A stretch of DNA of 64,000 bases, taken from the NCBI RefSeq assembly GCF_055900595.2, contig NZ_CM148325.1; one strand, 5' to 3'. The notes below the pieces were generated by a model. That model was not told where the DNA came from. It saw only the letters and a program-made list of their open reading frames with translations, and made no database searches. The position numbers and the translations under genes are program-made. This document shows, one piece after another, positions 59,621 through 64,000 of this stretch. Positions within the stretch are counted from its first letter, which is position 1. The number at the start of each line of letters is the position of its first letter.

Positions 59621-60591
59621 TCTTCGCTTTCCGCCGCTTGTTCAGGCCGCAGTTGCTGCGACTGAGCAAGCTGGTGGCGAATTTCACGCAGCATTTCATC
59701 CAGCACATACTGGACCCGCCAGGGCTGGTATTCCCGTTTACGGAAGATAGCCACCAGATCCAGCCACCATTCATACGGTTGCTGAAAGCAGGGCACCAGC
59801 GTGCCGTCTTGCAGGTCGCTCTGCACACTTTTGTCTGGCGCAAACACAATCCCCAGGTGATTTCGTGCCAGCTCCAGCGCCGATTGCGTGTTGTCGCAAA
59901 CGTAATTTCCCTTCACGCGATAATCCCGCACCTCTTTACTCCCGGCGACGTTGAAGCGCCAGATATTCGCGTCGTCGATCATCATCGAGTCGATCAAAAT
60001 ACAGGAGTGATGTTCGAGTTCGTCAGGACGGCTAATGGGATGTTTCTCAAGATAGCGCTGACTGGCATAAGCGGTTACGGCATATTGCGTAATAAAACTG
60101 GCAACCAGCGATTCATCTTTTGGTGGAGCATAGCTGATTAAAACATCACAATCATCGGGAAATTCGACACCTTCATAAAAGGCATTACGCTCAAGATTGC
60201 AGGTTTTTAGCGATAAGGTGATATCACCGATATCTTTAATTTTATCGATAACATGTTTGGATAAATAGGTAATTATGCCGGTTGGGGCGTAGATGGTGAC
60301 CCGACCACGTTTCTCATGCTTATAATCTGCAATAAAATTATTAAGTTGCTCGTTTCTGTCCAGCATGTCGTTGATGTACGGTAACAGCGCGGTACCAAAA
60401 GGTGTGAGCATCAGCTGCCGGGTGGTTCGGTCAAAGACTTTTAAACCTACTTTTGATTCAAAATCAGCAAGATATTTGCTGACGTTGGCCTGTGCGAATC
60501 CAAGTACAGTCGCGGCATGGCTGATATTTTCACTGGCAGCGATTACCGAGATAATTTTTAACTCCCGGTACTTAAGTTGTAATTTTGTCAT
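59617..60591 (-). CDS. yiaU: LysR-family transcriptional regulator YiaU
   Basis: 324 aa with N-terminal HTH ([33 protein letters not shown]). Confidence 0.88.
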   Translation of the reverse strand: MTKLQLKYRELKIISVIAASENISHAATVLGFAQANVSKYLADFESKVGLKVFDRTTRQLMLTPFGTALLPYINDMLDRNEQLNNFIADYKHEKRGRVTIYAPTGIITYLSKHVIDKIKDIGDITLSLKTCNLERNAFYEGVEFPDDCDVLISYAPPKDESLVASFITQYAVTAYASQRYLEKHPISRPDELEHHSCILIDSMMIDDANIWRFNVAGSKEVRDYRVKGNYVCDNTQSALELARNHLGIVFAPDKSVQSDLQDGTLVPCFQQPYEWWLDLVAIFRKREYQPWRVQYVLDEMLREIRHQLAQSQQLRPEQAAESED

Positions 60592-60714
60592 CGCAACAGC
60601 CCAATTATATATAATTTTATATATTACTATATAAATATGAATCTTGCACCGGAGAAATTGTAAGCATTATTATGCCGACTCTTTTTTATCTTATTTTAAA
60701 ATGGAATACCGGAC

Positions 60715-61455
60715 ATGTTAATTAACCGCAATATTGTAGCGTTATTTACGTTGCCTTTTATGGCAAGCGCTACTGCTTCTGAATTATCCATTGGTGCTGG
60801 TGCAGCTTATAATGAATCGCCTTATCGTGGTTATAATGAAAATACAAAGGCAATTCCGCTGATTAGTTATGAAGGTGATTCTTTTTATGTTCGTCAGACC
60901 ACGTTAGGTTTTATTCTGTCGCAAAGTGAAAAAAATGAACTTAGCCTGACCGCATCCTGGATGCCGCTGGAATTTGACCCTGCAGATAATGACGATCATG
61001 CCATGCAACAGCTTGATAAGCGTGATAGTACGGCTATGGCGGGGGTTGCCTGGTATCACCACGAGCGTTGGGGAACCGTGAAAGCCTCTGCGGCTGCGGA
61101 CGTTCTGGATAACAGCAACGGCTGGGTGGGGGAGCTATCGGTATTTCACAAAATGCAGATAGGTCGCCTGTCGCTGACACCTGCACTGGGCGTTCTCTAT
61201 TATGACGAGAATTTCAGTGACTATTACTATGGCATTTCAGAGAGTGAGTCCCGTCGTAGCGGTCTGGCAAGTTATTCCGCGCAGGATGCTTGGGTGCCCT
61301 ATGTCAGCCTGACGGCAAAATACCCGATAGGAGAGCACATCGTATTGATGGCGAGTGCCGGATACAGCGAGCTGCCGGAAGAGATTACCGACAGCCCGAT
61401 GATTGATCGTAATGAGAGTTTTACCTTTGTCACCGGCGTGAGCTGGCGTTTTTAA
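60715..61455 (+). CDS. yiaT: MipA/OmpV-family outer membrane protein YiaT
   Basis: 246 aa with signal peptide MLINRNIVALFTLPFMASA and C-terminal ...VTGVSWRF beta-barrel terminus. Confidence 0.88.
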   Translation: MLINRNIVALFTLPFMASATASELSIGAGAAYNESPYRGYNENTKAIPLISYEGDSFYVRQTTLGFILSQSEKNELSLTASWMPLEFDPADNDDHAMQQLDKRDSTAMAGVAWYHHERWGTVKASAAADVLDNSNGWVGELSVFHKMQIGRLSLTPALGVLYYDENFSDYYYGISESESRRSGLASYSAQDAWVPYVSLTAKYPIGEHIVLMASAGYSELPEEITDSPMIDRNESFTFVTGVSWRF

Positions 61456-61504
61456 TTTACCGGTGGATGTCGGTGCGGCTGGCCTACGCTCTCGCACTGA
61501 CCTT

Positions 61505-61590
61505 CAGGCTTGATAAGACGCGTTAAGCGTCGCATCAGGCAATGTGCACCCTACGTTGGATGCGGCGCGAGCGCCTTATCCAACCTACGG
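61505..61590. repeat. REP/BIME element overlapping the stop codon of the downstream GH127 gene
   Basis: aggcttgataagacgcgttaagcgtcgcatcaggca and ggatgcggcgcgagcgccttatccaacctacgg. Confidence 0.65.
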
Positions 61591-63555
61591 ATGGCAATGC
61601 TTTTCCTCATTCACCCAGATCCGCATTTCGCCTTCACCCCGGTTAGCCCAGCTAAACCACGGGATAAATGTCAGAGTTTGCGGCTGGCGTTTGGCTGGCG
61701 CGCTGTCGTAATGCCACAGCGGTTGCTGCTCTGGATAGCTCTGTTCATACCGGTAACCCGGTGCCTGGATTAAGATCTTATGGCTGAACAATCCCTTACC
61801 TTCAAATGTCGTAAATGGCGCATCGGTGGGCAGCCACAGATTATGCAGTGACTCGCCGTTGTCGGCCTGTTCCAGGCAATACACCAGCGGGCCGCGCTGA
61901 ATCGCCACTTTTCCGGCGACGTGACGCACCAGCGGGTTACCGTAAACGCGACGTACCGGCATTGGCAACGTCAGATTCAGCGTGTCGCCCTCCTGCCATT
62001 CGCGGGTAATGTGCAAATACCCTTTACGAATATCCTGCTCGACCTCTTCCCCATTCAATGTAATCTGCGGCTGTGTGCACCAGTCCGGCAGACGTAAAGC
62101 CAGCGTATGACGCACCGGCTGGGGCGATTCAACCGCAATTGTCACCTGTTCCTGCCACGGATAGTTTCCGCTAACCCGCAGACGCAGCGTGCCATTTTCT
62201 ACCGGCACTTCCATGCTGTTTCCTGCGTAGATGTTGATATACAACGCATCTTCACGCGGCGTGTAGAGATAATGACCAATCGAGGTTAGCACGCGGGCGA
62301 TATTTGGCGGACAACAAGCGCAACCAAACCAACGCTGGCGGATCGGCTTAACGTGATCGTAGATATGGTTGAATTTCAGCGATTTTGGATGTACTTCCAG
62401 CGGATTCACATAGAAGAAATGTTTGCCATCCAGCGCCATGCCGCCGAGCACGGTGTTGTACAGTGCGCGCTCCATCACATCGGCATATTGACTGTCGCCT
62501 TCCATTTCCAGCATTCGCCGGGCGAACATCATCAGGCCGATGGAAGCACAGCTTTCGGCGTATACCGTGTCATTCGGCAGATCGTAATCGCTGCTGAACG
62601 CTTCGCCGCTGCTTTGTGAGCCAATGCCGCCGGTAATATATAACTGACGCTGGGCCATATTGTTCCACAGCCGCAGGCAGTCCTGACGCTTGCTTTCATC
62701 GTGACTTAAACGCGCGAGATGCGCGACGCCGGTCATCAGGTAGACAAAACGTACCGCGTGACCAATGGCGGTTTGCTGCTGTGCGATGGGCAAATGTGCC
62801 TGGCTGTAGGCTTTGTCTTTCACCATCCACGCCGGGCCGTAGGTGTGCCAGTGCGAGGTCTGCCCGCGCTTTTCATATTCCTGGTCGTAATAGTGCGGTT
62901 GCGCACCACGCTGTTCGACAAAATAGTTCGTCAGCGCCAGGTAGCGCGGCTCTTCGGTCACTTCATACAGGCGCATTAGTGCCAGTTCAATTTCCGGGTG
63001 ACCAGGATAACCGTGTAACTTACTTTCACCTGGACCAAATACGCTGTCGATATGATCGGCCAGACGGCAAACCACTTCCAGCAAGCGCCGCTTGCCCGTG
63101 GCCTGGAAGAAGGCGACTCCGGCTTCAATCAGATGACCGGCGCAGTAAAGTTCATGACACTCCGCCAGATTGCTCCAGCGTTCTTTGGGCGCTTTTACCG
63201 TAAAGTAAGTATTGAGATAGCCATCTTCGCACTGGGCGGAAGCGACCAGTTCGATTACCTCGTCAGCAGTTTTTTCCAGTTCGGCATCCGGCTTCTGGCA
63301 CAGCGACCAGGCTACCGCTTCCAGCCATTTGGCGACGTCGCTGTCCTGAAACACCATCCCGTAAAATTCACCGTCTTGCAGTCCTGCGGCAATGCGAAAG
63401 TTTTCAATCGCATGGCTGGGTTCCGCTTCTGGGATACGATCGTTCAAGGCATCCCACTGATAAGGAATCACCACGTCGCGGACCAGTTGTTGGTACTGAC
63501 CGAGGAACGGATCGCTGACCGTCAGTTTATGCAGATCGACTTCCGAAATGTTCAT
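61585..63555 (-). CDS. DUF1680/glycoside hydrolase family 127-like protein (beta-L-arabinofuranosidase-like), about 656 aa
   Basis: Track ORF 61585..63603; start placed at MNISEVDL (ATG 63553-63555) behind an AAGGAG SD; cysteine-rich motif WFGCACCPPNIARV as I recall for the GH127 family. Confidence 0.6.
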   Translation of the reverse strand: MNISEVDLHKLTVSDPFLGQYQQLVRDVVIPYQWDALNDRIPEAEPSHAIENFRIAAGLQDGEFYGMVFQDSDVAKWLEAVAWSLCQKPDAELEKTADEVIELVASAQCEDGYLNTYFTVKAPKERWSNLAECHELYCAGHLIEAGVAFFQATGKRRLLEVVCRLADHIDSVFGPGESKLHGYPGHPEIELALMRLYEVTEEPRYLALTNYFVEQRGAQPHYYDQEYEKRGQTSHWHTYGPAWMVKDKAYSQAHLPIAQQQTAIGHAVRFVYLMTGVAHLARLSHDESKRQDCLRLWNNMAQRQLYITGGIGSQSSGEAFSSDYDLPNDTVYAESCASIGLMMFARRMLEMEGDSQYADVMERALYNTVLGGMALDGKHFFYVNPLEVHPKSLKFNHIYDHVKPIRQRWFGCACCPPNIARVLTSIGHYLYTPREDALYINIYAGNSMEVPVENGTLRLRVSGNYPWQEQVTIAVESPQPVRHTLALRLPDWCTQPQITLNGEEVEQDIRKGYLHITREWQEGDTLNLTLPMPVRRVYGNPLVRHVAGKVAIQRGPLVYCLEQADNGESLHNLWLPTDAPFTTFEGKGLFSHKILIQAPGYRYEQSYPEQQPLWHYDSAPAKRQPQTLTFIPWFSWANRGEGEMRIWVNEEKHCHP

Positions 63556-63565
63556 CTTGTGCTCC

Positions 63566-64000
63566 TTAAGGCTGTACATGACGCTGACGCAGGTCGCTAG
63601 CAATGCGTGACATCATAGGGTTATTGAGTTTGCAAAAGCGGATCGCCATCGCCAGCAGCAGGTGGAACAGCGCAGGCAGCAATGTTTCCATCGCCGCGAT
63701 CCCGCCAAGCGAACTGGCGGTCTGGTTTTCCACGCCTGGCTGGTAGGCGACAAAAATAAACAGCAGGCTGATGATCCCGGCGCTGGAGGCCCAGGCCAGC
63801 TTGATGAAAAACAGATTGAAGGCGAAGTTCATGCCGGAAGAACGTACGCGGGTTTTCCACTCGCCGTAGTCATCGGCAAAGGCCATCAATGAGAAGTGCA
63901 ATGGCAATGTGAAGCCAAGAATCACGCCATTACCAAGGATCACCGCCAGCCACAGCGTTTGATAAGCCGGGCCAGAAGGCAGGAACCACATCAACACCGC
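63566..64000 (-). CDS. glycoside-pentoside-hexuronide (GPH)/MFS-type sugar:cation symporter, 3' portion only (5' end beyond window)
   Basis: Hydrophobic C-terminal 143 aa in track ORF 63566..63997; stop lies 11 nt upstream of the GH127 start on the same strand. Confidence 0.55.
   Translation of the reverse strand, partial: AVLMWFLPSGPAYQTLWLAVILGNGVILGFTLPLHFSLMAFADDYGEWKTRVRSSGMNFAFNLFFIKLAWASSAGIISLLFIFVAYQPGVENQTASSLGGIAAMETLLPALFHLLLAMAIRFCKLNNPMMSRIASDLRQRHVQP

Overview
This window is an Escherichia coli chromosomal segment corresponding to the K-12 ~81-82 min region, read in the opposite orientation to the conventional map. Gene order: pyrE (5' truncated) > retron (msr-msd + reverse transcriptase) > slmA-dut-coaBC > yicR-rpmB-rpmG-mutM > coaD-waaA > waaQ operon LPS core cluster > waaC-waaF-hldD > kbl-tdh > waaH-yibQ-envC-gpmI-yibN-grxC-secB-gpsA-cysE-trmL > lldDRP > trimeric autotransporter adhesin with an upstream lipoprotein > yibL-yibT-mtlRDA > yibIH-yibF-selAB > yiaY (frameshifted) > aldB > hicAB-like pair > yiaWVUT > GH127-like hydrolase and the 3' end of a sugar:cation symporter. 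Most of it is conserved housekeeping backbone. The accessory or strain-variable content is: (1) a retron-Ec107-like element between pyrE and slmA with no effector gene in cis; (2) an AT-rich outer-core LPS cassette with R1/R4-like gene order, not K-12-like; (3) a 1603-aa UpaG/EhaG/SadA-family adhesin with internal 213-bp tandem repeats and a SadB-like lipoprotein; (4) a HicA/HicB-like toxin-antitoxin pair plus an unassigned small membrane protein between aldB and yiaW; (5) an apparent frameshift in yiaY; (6) a GH127/transporter locus at the window end. All calls are from reading the sequence and the ORF track against remembered protein families; no database search was run. I did not find a convincing wholly novel system; the orphan retron and the hicAB-adjacent small membrane ORF are the least explained elements.
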